Shown: positions 34,375 to 48,536, counted from the whole stretch's first letter. The stretch is DNA of 57,986 nucleotides, filler included, from Basidiobolus ranarum (GCA_040143965.1; 2 parts of 2 records of this genome joined end to end with filler, not necessarily neighbours in it); one strand, 5' to 3'. The notes: a model not told the origin generated them from the sequence alone. Translations and numbers: made by a program.

Positions 34375-36097
34375 ATGTGAGTATAATTTAACGGCTGTCC
34401 ACAAAGATGTGCTTGGTTAAAGTTGAAAGTAACCAAGGGATGTCGTTCACTAGTAAGGAGTAGTGCTTTCAGTTTATGACACAATAAAGTGAAAAACGAT
34501 TGAAGGAATGACTAGAATAGTATGGTAGTAGACACCAGCTGAATATTAAGAATATCCCAATGAAAGGCGAGTCAAATATAAATTACCGCCAATCCTATCT
34601 ATTAAAGATTAGATATACTTAGCCTAGCAAATAGAAATCCTACTTAAAGGCTACAAGTACTATAGGGATCACTCTAATTGAAGCTACAAGCCCTACGATT
34701 GTTTCATTGTGAATATCTAACCACACCTGGTTTCTTATCTATGAAAGTCCGTATTGAGGTACCAACATATAAAATCAAATGATTATAGTTGAATATAAAT
34801 CTTCAGTGATGCTCAGAACGTTACTGCCAAGAGCAGCTTCATGATGCAGAAAGTATCTTTTGTGATATCAATGAATCCTCTCCATCATAAATAACTATCT
34901 CTAGACAATAAAAGGACAGTAACGTCTTTACCATGTGTCATATATTCCCTTCGTTTGTTTAATTTGTGTTAGAATATTGAGCTAAATCTAGGATAGGTGA
35001 CTCGAATTAGGGACTCATGGCATAGTTGGTGTGACGAATCAATCTCTAAGTTTCATCAACCTTCATAACTATATTAGGCTTTATGAGGATATAGCCCCAA
35101 GGGCAAATTCATTAACCATACTACGGGATTACTCGCCCATACCTCTCTAGAACAAGTCAGCAACAGGTGCTTGGTAACGAAATGTGCTACCACGTATGTG
35201 GAGCCCAGTGTTTCGATTGACTATTCGATTACGACGACGACCCAGCTCCCAGTATAAAGCCAGATGACGGATATATTCTGTGTAGTGTTTTTACCATTGT
35301 AGACCTTAATGCACACTACATTGGGTTAAAGACTACTGATGATATGTACTGAGAATGCGGAGGAGTTGAGGGGAAGAGTAATTAACAACCTGATTGTGCA
35401 ACAATAAACAAGTAACTGCCTTGTTCACAATTAAGCCTACTATGGGAGGACGTGTTTATCCTTCAAGTATTTGACTGGCCTTCGCTGTTAATCAATCCGC
35501 TAAGCCAGATTTTTGCATCGCTATGTGTTAGCTGCATGTAGGATAATAATTAGAGATATTTTATGGAAGGCAGCTAAACGTAACTCCCCTTTTTCCCCTC
35601 CAAAAAAATTGTAAAAGGAATTTTTTAAAAGTTGGAGCACCGGAAATTAACGGCCCTTGTACATCATTCACCTTATAATTCCATTCATTTAGAAATTATT
35701 GCTAAGGAACGTGGCTCACTCTAATTCCAAACATATAGCCCAATACATCCAAAATATCACATACAAAATGATACGAGGTAAATCAATCGAGTGCAGCCAG
35801 ATCAGTTGTATGTTTGTAATAGAGTAGATACTGATCTGAATCACCTAGTCCGCGAATATGCGATGCTTAAGAGGTGGGGGTTAGGAGGGTGAGAGGGGTG
35901 CCGCTAGCAAACTTTCACGTCTATCTTAAACTTTACCCTTTTATATTGTGCCTTTAGTCAACAAAAGAGGTTTCTTTATTACACTCGACATTCAGATTCC
36001 CTTTGACATCCTCCAGACTCAGACGTTTTTAGTTCCAAATTCTACTTATTAACCCCACCTGTACTCTATTTTCTTATTTAACTTTGGTATCCTCGTT

Positions 36098-38967
36098 ATG
36101 CGTATACTCCCAAGCTCTTCCAAAGAGAGTATCAAATCCCAAAAGAACAGTCGCACCTCCATTGATGCCTCACAGGCAAAAGAAATAGCACAAAATAGAC
36201 GTTCTTTAGCCTTGTCCTCTTCAACTGAACTCTTTTCAAGTAATCCCTCGGAAATTGAGCGTCAAGCACGTCGCTCCAGACTACAAAGTATCCGTCGTAA
36301 ACGTACTTCAAACCATATTTTCTCGTTTATTCGAGTCTACGCTCAGATAAATGACCGTTGTTTTCCCGTTACAAGCTCTCGTACCAACACCATCGATGAC
36401 CTAGCTAGACAGATCGAGGCAGAATACGCTTTTAATTATTCGTGCTCTCCCTCAGAGGATGTACTTTCTGGTTATGACTCGGAAGAGGAATTTACCAAAA
36501 TGGAACTGCTGAATCACTTTGAGGAATACGCCGATGTCGGAGATAACGAAACTTCGCTAGTACCACTCATGTGTGGCTCTTTATTTGTCGACCAAGTTGA
36601 ACTTCGTTTTTCTGACATTGTCGGTGAAGTACTCAACCTGAATGATGTCGTTCGGGTAGTAAATGTATATGAAGGTATAATTGTTGGCGTCACTTAGTGA
36701 TTCTTGTTCCAAAAATTAATCAATACTATTTGAACATAGCTCCAGCTCACAATACACCTTCTACGGAAAAGAAGTCTAGGCACGAAAAGAAAAGATGGTC
36801 ATTTCCTAGCATAAAGAAAGGTCTTCGTAACCGCAAATCACTCTATAGTCGGGTTCAATCCATCACAGATTTCAACATAAGCAATAACCAGTACGAGAGC
36901 CCAAAATTAGCTGAAAAGCATCTAGGAGCAAGCTGGAATGATGGTTTTTCATCTATGCTTGATGAGCGCTTCCAAGGGGTGTTATCCCACAAAACTGAAC
37001 TATCACAATTCAAAGGATTTTGCTTAAAAGAATACGCAATTGAGAATTTACTATTTTGGATGGAAGTGGAATTCTTTCGTGATGCTATTCCATCGTTGGT
37101 CTCAAATGTCGCTCAGTATATTTATCAAACTTACATTGCCAACAACTCCCCACTGCAAGTGAATCTTTGTGAAGAAATTTTAAGCGAGATACCATCGTCC
37201 TTTTCCTCTGATACATGGACTCCCAATATTACCATATTTGATGAGGCACAAGAGTATGTATACGAAATGCTCATGCATCACACCTTTCAGCGTTTTGAGG
37301 AAGCCAATGCTTGTGGGACAACACCAGAGCAATGTCAGGACGGTAGGTTGCTAGATCTGTACCACCATTAGCATGCACAATTTAATGACATTTTGAGAAA
37401 TTTAGATATCGGCCTTGTGAATAATCCGACAGAGCATCAGCTACCTAATGAACAAAAGCCAGACGTTCAATTGATGAATAGTGTCATTGCTGATATACAA
37501 TCTAATTTCGAAAACAAAGGCAACGACTGGTTCAAAGAAGAAATATTGAAACGTATTCTTCAACATCACTTCCCTGAAAGCTCTCCTCCTGAACGTAGTT
37601 ATTTCAGTGATGGTAGAAAGCTGACTCTAGCCCAAAAACGAAGAAAGATGAGGTTGGAGAAGAAATTATCCAAATTCTTTGGGCAAAAGTTAACCGAGGA
37701 AGAGTTGATCCAACAACAAATCCATGAAGTAATGAATTCCCCAAGAAGAAACAGTTCTATATCAACCTTGAGTCTTCCTTCCGATATATCTTCTCCATTC
37801 AACCCGGGTAAGCAGAAGAAATTAGGGAAACTTGAGAAATTGGAGTGTTTCTTTGGTAAGCGACTAACCAATGCTCAGTTGGAATACCAAAATCTCATCA
37901 ACCGTAAGAGCATGTGTTTACCTCCCGAGTGTCCCGAGTGTAAACGAACTCCATTGGAGTCTGCTCTACCCATTTCTACATATAACGATTTGTCGCTAGA
38001 GGAACGTAGAGTTCTCACTAAACGCTCAAGAAAGTTAAAGTGTTTACTCGGAGAGCCTATAGATGAACAAACTGCATTTAAATCTTTGACCTATCCCGTT
38101 ATTAATCGTAGATTAAGTTTTGATAGTGACACACTGTTGTCACCGGAATCTGTAGATAATGAACTATTGCCAGACTCCTGTACATGGCACCAGAAATCCT
38201 CTAAAGAAGCCAAGCGAAAGAAACTGGTGAAACTATATCAACTCTTAGGAACTTACCCCACGGAGGACGAATTCAATACCAAATCTTTGATTCAAAGAAA
38301 AGAGAGTCTACTCGACAGAAACGGAAAGCCACTTGCTCCTGAGATCAAGCGCATACATTTGAAGAAAGCAAGCAAGCTAGAGCGTGTTTTCGGCCAGCAT
38401 CCACCTAAAGATCTAATTGTTGATCAGGGTAACGAAGCTTTACCCGAACAAAACACATCTATTCTTTCTCTCCTGGTAAATCAGGATGTCTCTATGGATA
38501 ACCTAATTGAATATCTTCAAGTATTAGCGCTACTAAACGATAGTGATCTATCATTGACTGAGGATGAGCAAGAACCAGGTGAATTGAGATCGCATTCAGC
38601 ACCTTCCTCCTTCAAATTTGGACAAGAACCTCCAGCAGATGATAAGCCACTAGAAGGCCCCTCTAGAGAGAAGGCAACTCGCCAAAGGAAATTAGCAAAA
38701 CTTCGTCGATTTTTTGGTAACGATTTGAGATTGGAGTCGCTGATCGCTCAAAATATTCTCCTTCAGCATCAGCTAGCTACTGAGGGATTGTATAGTCTAA
38801 ATGACAGCTCTGAAAATCTTAGTAATCAGAGTCTGGAGGACTTTGACTTGATAGACAAGGAAGCACTTATTCATACAGCTATGAAATATGATCTTGAATT
38901 ATTACATCGAGGAGTACAGGCAATACACAGACAGTCAAGCTCCACATCCACCATTGATGCGATATAG
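36098..38967 (+). CDS. RGS-domain protein with N-terminal ubiquitin-like-looking domain and C-terminal KLxxFFG repeats (exons 36098-36674, 36740-37342, 37406-38967)
   Basis: RGS signature FKGFCLKEYAIENLLFWMEVEFF..IYQTYI..SPLQVNL..IFDEAQEYVYEML..TFQRF. Two phase-1 GT-AG introns join three ORF-track ORFs. Confidence 0.85.
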
Positions 38968-39568
38968 GTGATGTATCATGGAAGTACTTAATAATTTAAA
39001 CAACTCTACGAGTATGAACTCATCAATTACTCTTCAACCCCACTCTCTATACAAATAGCCATGAACCCATCCCATTCTCGTTAATATGCCTATTTCTCCC
39101 ACATAATATAATGACGAACAAATAAGAAGCATGTAGCCTTTCCCTCACATTTGTTGAAGATGACTGTAGTAAGTGCTAAACCCCAAGCCCTGTCGCCAGC
39201 TCGTTATAATTAGTGCTTTGGCATTATCGTCATTTGCTCTCCTTAATATTATTGGAACTGTATCTTATATGTTATCTGTATAAATTAAATACCCTGGTCT
39301 TTTTTTATTCAAATACCTTTCTTTTACCTAGTAATGAGTCAGAGCTATTGAACAATAATCAGAGATGGAGTCACTATAAATAGGTAGGGTCTTGAATTTT
39401 TTAATACACATCGATGACAGTTGTTTCGATAGAAGGAGAGAATAAACAAACGGAAGATATAAACAATGAAAGAGTGCCTATTTTTGGAAAGAAATTTTAA
39501 TAGTTCAACATTGACCATTATGCTTGGTGGAGCATATCTCCTTGAATCAAGAATTAAATTAGAGGGTC

Positions 39569-41236
39569 TTAAGGGTGCATGTGTTTGGGGGAATCCTCAC
39601 TCTCGTCGATATCTAGGGTAATCAATGGACCGATGCTTGACTTGCAACATATTTGATCGTCACACTCTGAGGAGCATCGGAGTAGGCATGCTGTCTCATT
39701 TGTCTCCTAGTTTGTAGATAGTTAGTATTGTTAACCCATGGTAGAAATTTTCTAGTTATGTACATACATCCTCTATAAGCAGGCTCTGTGTAGGTGACAG
39801 TTCGGATGGGAATTCTGGTTGAATGGTAACAGAATGAATTCCATAGGAATGTAGTAATTTTTTGACGTCCGTGGCGACAGTCATATAGTCTGATACGTTG
39901 GTAACATGGATGTGAATGGAGGCAATGGTTTTGTTATCTGATAATTGCCAGATATGTAACTCATGGAGTGAAATCACATTGCGAATCTAGTAAAATGGGG
40001 TGTTCAGCATCAGGTCATTTACACACACTTCTGCTACAGTGTCTACCTTGAGGATCTTGTTTCGAAGCTCATCGACCGGGATAGACCTAGGTACTCCTTG
40101 TAATAGGATATAGGCTGCGGATCTCACTACAGGTAAAGAATTAAGTACATCATTTGCAAAGTAGATGGCATATTGCACTTCACTTACCCAGGGGAATGGT
40201 GAAGAACAATATCAGGCAAGTGATTAACAAACTATGGATTGATAAGAGGGTGGATTAAAACCATGAAATAATAGACACAGCATAAGTAATGCTTACCTGA
40301 TGATTGGATCAAACAGAAATCTTTGAGGAAAAGAGGATAACCAAATAATTAGAGAACTGATAATAACCGCGATACTGCCTAGAGCATCACCAAGAACGTG
40401 TAAAAAGACGCCGTGCATGTTCAATAGACCAGATTTCTTTCCAGGCCCCATCTTTTCATCGGTTACAGGCTCACTGATGGAGACATTTTCAGTTCTGCTT
40501 TCAATATCTGTACTATTCCGAGACTTTGCAAACTCTTCGGCGGTTTGAATGATGGATTGATGGCTAAGGGCAGCAGTTCCATAGGAGTTGGGATTTTCGA
40601 TATCTTGAGGTGCTGAAGCTCCATGTGAATGGCCAACGTGCGAGTGTTCTTAATCCCATATTTAAGTTAAATTACTGAAGCGGGTTAGAAAATAGAATAC
40701 AGAAATACTTACCATGGAAGAGGAAAAGTCCTACAATATTAACAACTAGTCCAAGACCACCGACAATGAGAATTAAAACGGGGTTCTCGATTTCTACAAA
40801 TTTACGATCAATATATATACCAAGGTTTGTGGTTACCGACAAAGTTTAGGCATACCTTGAGGTTGGAAGAATCGTTGAATAGCTTCAATAAAGATGGAGA
40901 AGCAAAGGGCAATCAGGAAAACTCCATTAATCAATGCGCCTATGACCTCAGCACGCTGCCATCCATAAGTGTAATTAGGCCCATAGGTTGTTCTCTTGGA
41001 AAGCTATCGGCACAAGAGATATTTAGCATCAGAATGAAAGGCATTCATATGTAATAAACACCTACTCTTATCGCGTAAAGAGCAACAACAATACTAAGTA
41101 AATCACTTAGCATGTGGAAAGAGTCAGCCACCAAAGCAATGGAGCCTACGATGTATCCGACTACAAGCTCAACAAAGAAGAAAACCGTTGTTAGACACAG
41201 AAGAATGATAAGCCTAGTGGTGCGTTTCAATGCCAT
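39569..41236 (-). CDS. ZRC1: CDF-family zinc/cobalt transporter (ZRC1/COT1/ZnT1-like), 8 exons
   Basis: ALVADSFHMLSD, YTYGWQRAEVIGALINGVFL, His-rich loop HSHVGHSHG, LNMHGVFLHVLGDALG, HELHIWQLS, GIHSVTIQPEF, Cys-rich tail. Confidence 0.9.
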
Positions 41237-44200
41237 TTTGAAAGAAGTAATATGAGAAGTGTTGAAGCAGACAACAGTCTTTTATATCGTGATAATGAGA
41301 CTCACGCTATTGACTGATACATGAACTCGAAATCCAGTTTTAGATTCACTTATTAGTAGCCTCGCCTGTAGTACAAAGATTGGATGATTAAAATAAAAGT
41401 CCATGATGCCTATAATCAGCACCATATCTGATGCAAAAGTGGGATCCGCTTGTAGATTCATTTCCGCAATTTCTTGACAGAAACCAATCCAAAGAATGGA
41501 TGGCAAGTTAGTGCAATTTAATGATGATGATTACTATCATATAATGTGATCAAGGACTCAAACCTAAATTCCATTTTTGAAATTATCTTCTACTCATTAC
41601 ACTTCGTCCGCACAATCGATTGAAATATATGTACATCTCTATGAATCGATATGGCTTCAAGACGAGTGAAACGTAATTGACAAATTAAGGAATGCCGACT
41701 GAACCTTGGACTGCTCATGTACTAAAATGGTATTTGTACCGGTGGTGTATATTGATAAGTCCAAGATACTGTAATCGCTTTTGGCCTCTCACGCCAGGCG
41801 AAACAGAAATGTCTTAGATTTACGGGGCTCTTAGAAATTCCAAATTAGTCCATCACCTATCATTAGTCGGAGTTGAATTTCTTAACATCTCCGGATAAAC
41901 GATATGTATTAAAGCTTCTGATAAGTTCTCAACCAACGAATAGCATTTCGTTGATTGTCACCAGAGTGGATCACTTCCATGATGGCCCAGTTTGATTGAT
42001 GAGCTGCAGCATCTACAACTAAGAGTCACTGTATCAACTCCTTTTCTTCATTGAAAACTCGTTGGACCCTCGTCATCACCTCACCGTATCAAGGTCTGGG
42101 AACTCATTCGGAGCAATGGTTTAGACCATGGTGCAATCCCTATTTAGAACTGATGACTAAATTGTCATCACCTCTTGGCCTTGTATAACGGTCCTTCATA
42201 AGGAGAAAAATGCCACAAACCATAATGAGGCATTGATAGATGATAGTTGGCCAATATTCGAGCTCATCGCATCGGTGAGAGGTATACGACCATATAGCCT
42301 TCGCAGAGCCTCACACCGAGGGGGGGGCACTACATTGGCATATCATTGGTAAAGCATTATTCCTGCAGTGCACGATAGGATTGTGAATAGATATAGATAT
42401 AAATAGCCATTGGCGCAACTCTTCTACTGAGCTCATCAGTGACTCGAGTTGATATCTCTCTATGACGTATTCAAGAAGAATTAAATTCACTAGCTTAGCA
42501 GTATTTCTCTGCCCTATTATCCTTGACTACTTGCTTATTCCTAAGACGAAGTGACATGTTTTTGGATACACAGTATGCGGGATTGGGGTACACCATGCAA
42601 TATTTTCTGCAGGTTTTAGTCGAAATTCCAAACCAAAGCAGTCGCCGAGATACTAGATAATAGCGCCCTTTAGATCCAGCCCAATCCAATCGTTTCCTTT
42701 TTAACCAAGTAGTACAACAGAATAATCGAGTAGTAAAACCACTAGCAAATTTTCTGAGAATGGAATACACAATAAAATTTTGTGCTCACAAACTTTGACT
42801 CAATTGTACTCTTGTCACACTTGGTACTAAACACGTTTCAGCGTCATGAGTCCATTTTCACCACAACATTTAGAAGATTTGATGGTATCACGAAACCCAT
42901 CTAGGAACCCGTTTATGCCTCCATGAGTTAACTTCTATTTCAAAAAGGTCTAGAAAACTGTGATTCTTATTGTCAAGAGTATGGATTTACTGGAGGCTCA
43001 TGACTAGAGCTTAGTTTATTCTAGCTCACGTCAGATTTCTCTTTCGAGCATATCTTGGAGTTGTTAAGTGAGTGACGCATTACTATATCTCTATTCATCT
43101 GAGATTCCTTACTGTCAAGGGTAGAAACAATGCTGTTAGTCTAAGAAAGCTAATAATGTTAAAATTGGGTTATCTCAGTACTTCTACCGTTGTCCTCGTT
43201 AGTCTACTCCCAAGGTTGCATCCCAGCTCTTTTGAGGAAGCTGGTATCATAATGTTTATTTAATAATAGACACGAAATTACCGATTGAAGATGTTATTGA
43301 TATGGAGTATATAATGAGCTAAGAGCGTCTCTGAGATATTAATTACAAGGAATGGCTAATCAAGAATGATTCTTTTCTCTTACTGTAAACTTGGATCAAT
43401 ATAGGCAGCAAAACTTTATTATTCAACACATCTCTAGTCTGTTGGACCTAGATATCAATACGCCCTAATATTCAAAGTTTTATGTTCGTTTGTTTCATGA
43501 GTAACTATTCATCTAACACGGCCTATTGGACTATTCTAGATTACATACAAAATGACGTAGGAGCCACTAGAAGCCCTAAATAGAATTTGTTGAATTTGAA
43601 TGGTAGCTAAATGAGCAACTATTGATTCATCATCGTATGCAAAAAACGATACAGTGACTAGAGAGTGGCTTCTGTCAAGAATTAGTACACAGGTACATAT
43701 GGTTCTTATTCCTGACTCCGCTTTAACTACCTTCACTTGGAAGCTGAAATTTATCAAAATTACAGGATCTATGGGAGCTGTTCGAGTGTCCTGCTGATGG
43801 TAAGATAGATCAACCACCAAGCTGAAGATTAAGTATCAGACTCAGGGATTTGGGGATTAAAGGAGGCGACACTTCTCCAATGGATGTGCTGCTAGATATA
43901 AGAGAGTTATGATGCATTTCTACTGGGCTGTTTCGTTGTCGCAGCCATCTCAACATGGAATTTGGTGGAACCTGAGAGTATTGTTAGATGCCAACCGTAC
44001 TGAAAGTTACTGGCCTTACTTTTATCTGAAAAGATGTATTCATCTTGCTTAACTACTAGACATTGCTTGTCAATAAATACACATCAATACTCGAAGGACT
44101 TGTACTGCCTTTCCTTTGTTATTTTCGGGGAGACGAATATGGTAACTCAACTTTTTGTTCACCCACGTATCACCTACCTTGTTATACAGTCATATGAACA

Positions 44201-45355
44201 CCTATGGATTTGTGCAGAGTGCCTCGCATTTTGCACGTATGTGTAGCTAGCAGAGCATGGGAATGCCGTGATAGCTCTATGTTCCAAGCGTAAGACGAGG
44301 TATCCTGATTCTCATTAAATCTGAAATGTTTAATTTGTGCATATATTAGATATGTATAATGTATACAGTTACGAACTCCATATTGAAGCATAGCAATAGT
44401 TTACTAACAGAGAGTAAGTAAACTCTTGACCAATAGGGCTACAGAAACCAGTGTTCGCAGATCACATTAACCTGCTGAATATCTCAATTGTTTTCTACTT
44501 TCTACCCATGTACCATAATAAGCTCCGTTGAAGCAATGCAGTCACGTAGCACGATTGGGACAAAAGCTATATTGATGTAAAAGAGTGCTTTGTGCTGTAG
44601 GTACTTGATATTCATAGGTGGTGTTCGAAATTTCTAGAAGATCTTCCAATTTGCGGCTTATTGATACGTTTGAATATGTAGGTATTCCACAGTACTATCT
44701 TCTGCAGTAGTAAATTCTACAACCACTAATCCTAGTTGGGCTGCAATTGTGTATGCTGCCACAGTAGGTTTATACGCATTAACCAGTTGTATTGTTGAAA
44801 AGTTTTCTATTTTTGAGAATAGTATGAAAATATGTAGTTAGTAATGGAGTTGTTAAGAAACCAGATCAATATGAGTGGAAGAGATATTTATCGGAAAGAT
44901 ATTGATTAATCACACTACGCTATGAGGTAAGTACAAAATGAGCTATCCAGGAGTTAATTTGAATGACTCTGAGAGATCCGGCTTAACCTAGCTATTAGCC
45001 AGGTAACTACGATATGACGGTGCGTTCTGAAAATAAATGAGAGTGGAAGTGATTTTCCTGAATCTAATTGAAGAAGTTCAAAATTTAAGCCTCTACTATA
45101 CTGCTTTTGATCTATCCTGTAAATACCAACTCATGTTGCAACCTTTATCTGAGTGGCATTTAGATAGGAAAGAATAAATAACCTGGATATGAAGATTTTT
45201 AGCAAATGCACAATTTTTGTCGCAGTTTAAAGGCTTTCAACTTTAGCATTCATTATCTTTATCTCTTCTAGGGTCAAAGCTCTAAAGAATATATTTGAAC
45301 GAACCAAGGTTTAAAGCACTTTTCTTTTTTTGTAATTCATATAATTATCTATATA

Positions 45356-45715
45356 TGTTGGACGATCTGGCCATAACGAAGATAGACTTTATTATTTAGA
45401 GATCACTTATGATACTGTTTTAGTCGCTTTACTCTTATTACTTGGTGGACTTATATAGCAGAGATATAAGTCAATTGTATAGGATGAGCAAGGGTTTTTG
45501 TAATGCAGTATAAGAGATAAGTGGGAGTATTAACACATACTACGTACATAGTTATAGAGATATCCCTCGGTGGAGAATATGGTCTATAGATAGAAGGCCT
45601 TCTTATTTCAGATATATGAATCATAAATATAATCAACCAAGATGCTGAATGCAGAATAACTATACAAGAATTGGTTGATATCAACGATTTCTAAGTATCT
45701 TACTCATCCTCAATT
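45356..45715 (-). repeat. LTR copy (3' LTR of the minus-strand element), right end approximate
   Basis: tgttggacgatct..gacttatatagcagaga..aagtcaattgt..agataagtggg..gatatatg..aagatgctgaat aligns by eye with 46744-47091. Confidence 0.7.
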
Positions 45716-46549
45716 TATCTAAAAATATACAAGATATGATTGAGATATCTTGGGAGTTGGTTAGAAGTGGTTAGGAGAACTAGAAGCATTAGTAGTTTTG
45801 AGTTAGTGATTAATCAAGTAGAATGCTGACCTACATTGTTTTTCAAGGGATAAATAGCCAGCCATATGTAATGTACTAATGAAGGTCTTAGAAGCATGTG
45901 TGCAAAGTGCAGGGCCTCTGGAGTAAGTTTGAAAACCTATATATTGGAGAACTTGCAAGTTGGAAGAACAATTCAAAGTTGCATATATAGATGTTTAGGC
46001 TATGGAAATTTTAGCAAATATTTGATATAGATCAAGTGAGCTCTGAGATAATATTTTAAGCTTGAAAGTAATTCAAATAAATACTTCAATGGGTTATGCA
46101 CACGAATAGATAATGAGAGCATAGTCCTGTTGTTAGGTTTTAGAAAGTGAGCAGTGTATATATTTGATTTGTGAATATATATTATCCATATCTCAAATCT
46201 ACACAATCCCAATCCAATAAAATTACTATACTGGGAATTTTCAGAAAAGATTGGATGTAAAGCTGATTATGTTAAGTATAATTCTTGCTTGTTTGCTTAC
46301 TACCTGACACTTTACTACTTATACTGTTGTCTGAGATATGAGATACTAATCATGGAAATATGGTGCAAAACATGTCAGGATGCAATGAACAAAGCTGATG
46401 TCCAAGTAATGCTAATTTCAATATTTACCACACATCTGTGACAGAGTCAGCATCTCTGGCATTCATAAGTTGTTAGGACCCCAGTCTTAGACATATTTCC
46501 CTAAATGTCAATCTGTCGTTTGCTTCGAATGTTGTCCTGGCTTCTTTGT

Positions 46550-46720
46550 TTAAGTGTCAGAATCTGTACTTTCATCTTCAGAATATTCTTCTTCTTCAAC
46601 TGGTTGAACTCCTTCTTAGATATGTTTCTGTTCTAGCACAAGTTGCAACTTGAATCTTCATTCATGAAAATTTTCCCCATTGAATATTGGAATATCAGTA
46701 GTCTCCTTTTGGGAAGAAGA
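46550..46720 (-). pseudogene. Copia gag N-terminal fragment with nonsense codons
   Basis: SSSQKETTDIPIFNGENFHE*RFKLQLVLEQKHI*EGV matches the Copia gag pattern IPxFxGxNFxxW..L..kxLW, with both Trp codons turned to stops. Confidence 0.75.
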
Positions 46721-46743
46721 CTCTTATTCTCTCACTCCTACTC

Positions 46744-47091
46744 TGTTGGAGGATCTTGATATAGTGAGGGTGGACTTTGTATATTAGAGGCAACTTATGA
46801 TGTTGTTTTATTTACTTATTTCTTGAGAGAACATGGTGACTTATATAGCAGAGAAGTAAGTCAATTGTTTGAGATATTCAGGAGTTTATGTAATAAGATA
46901 TAATAGATAAGTGGGGGTAATAAGACATACTTGTTATATAGACATAGGTATATTCAAAATTAAAATATAGGGGCCATAGATACATTGCTTTCTGTTTCTG
47001 ATATATGCATCAGAACTAAAATCCACTAAGATGTTGAATAAAGATTCATTAAACAACAATAATCTTACTAGTATTTTTATCATTGCCAACA
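46744..47091 (-). repeat. LTR copy (5' LTR), 348 bp with TGTTGG...CCAACA termini
   Basis: Perfect 6-bp terminal inverted repeat; TATATAA on the minus strand; directly abuts the gag remnant. Confidence 0.78.
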
Positions 47092-48536
47092 ATCTCTGGA
47101 TGGCTTATAGCTCAATATTTGTCAAAGGATGGTTCAATCTTGATCAGGATGCTGGTATATTGTTACAGGATCCTTTGGCTCAATGTCATCCTTACCAAAT
47201 ATGTATCTTCAAAACAAAGCTGAATCCTGTTTCAAAAAATTGCTTCTTTCTTGCAACTACTTTCTTATCCATGAACAATTTTAGGGAACTTCTTTCCTTG
47301 CTTTCTTTGCAAACTTCATCAAGGTGGTTACTAAGTTTTGAAGAACTATTGAATAGTGAAGTTACTCTACTAAGCAAAGGTTACTTCTGGAGGTGGTCAG
47401 CATCTTTCAAAGCTGCAACACTGGGGCTCACCATACTTGCCTCTTCTCATTCTTCAGAATTCAGGCGCACCTAGCAAGAGTTAGTATAGTTGTTAGCTCT
47501 TCCTTTGCACCCTTCCTAGTTTTACATAGAGAATGACAGGTATGGCTACTCATTGATAAATAGCTTATAGTATACCAGGTCTATAACTATTTGATATGCA
47601 CACTTTTACCAATGGCTAACTTGGGCAGATATGCAATAGGATCCAAGTAAGTCTGCAATACATATAGATATCAAATTCTTTCCCTTCACTCACAATGAAG
47701 GTATGATTGATGAGAATAGATACAAGAGCCATATAATTACATTAAAATTAAGTATACTTCAATGGATGTATGTTTTAAAGAGATGCGGTATTCAATGTCT
47801 TTAATTATAATTATTTCATTGACATTGTAACTTCAATCAATTCAACTGCAATAATCACAGTAATCATAAAGCATTCAACAATTGTAGTACGCATATTTAC
47901 ATATTATTACCGGAAAGCTCTACCTACGATGTAATTGGTTCCTTTTTATGAGATAAACTTGATACCACTTCAATATAGCTTAATAGTGAGATGGGCTGTG
48001 TCTTCTGGAAATAGATGAGTAAGCAACTCAGGAGAAAGAAATCATGATGACGACGATCGAACGATAGTCAAGTGTTGATCAAACATTGATAATAGGAGTA
48101 TGTAATGCTGATATTTAAATTCAGCAAATATAGCCAATCCTCTTCACAAATAAAGGTTAGCTTAATTCTATAATCGACTCTGAAGTTCGAGAACTTCTCC
48201 GGAGTGCGATATTATTGGATGTGTCAAGTAAACATCGTTTAGGTACGTTCATTGGCCATGCATGCCCAGATTTGGTAAGACTTACTGTCCTATGTTGGTG
48301 ACTTATTTTTGTAAATTCATACATACATTTGCATGAACATATATAAATCAATCCGTTTCCGCACTACCTCGTAATTAAAGTAAGGATCGTTAATTAAACT
48401 GGTTTTCAGTGCCCAGAGAATATTCAACTAAAAATCAGCATGCGTACGTTTATAAAACTCATTCTTCTTACTTGCCTCAGTTCGCCCCCCCGCCTCTTAT
48501 CTATATACTGTGTTCTTCCATTAATAAAAGGTTGAT

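Larger units (their letters stand above)
45356..47091 (-). mobile_element. Degenerate, internally deleted Ty1/Copia-type LTR retrotransposon relic
   Basis: Two diverged direct repeats both begin TGTTGGA on +; the 46744-47091 copy ends CCAACA. A Copia gag N-terminus with stop codons lies between them. Confidence 0.75.

Noticed and set aside
42072-42174. 11-bp direct repeat gtcatcacctc (box C-like GTGATGA on minus) upstream of the zinc transporter
   Set aside because: Only two copies, no convincing box D or terminal stem, and no known zinc-response motif match.
47100-47474. ORFs 47031-47474 (+) and 47192-47377 (-) next to the LTR
   Set aside because: No recognisable domain; the + ORF begins inside the LTR, so probably spurious or decayed sequence.
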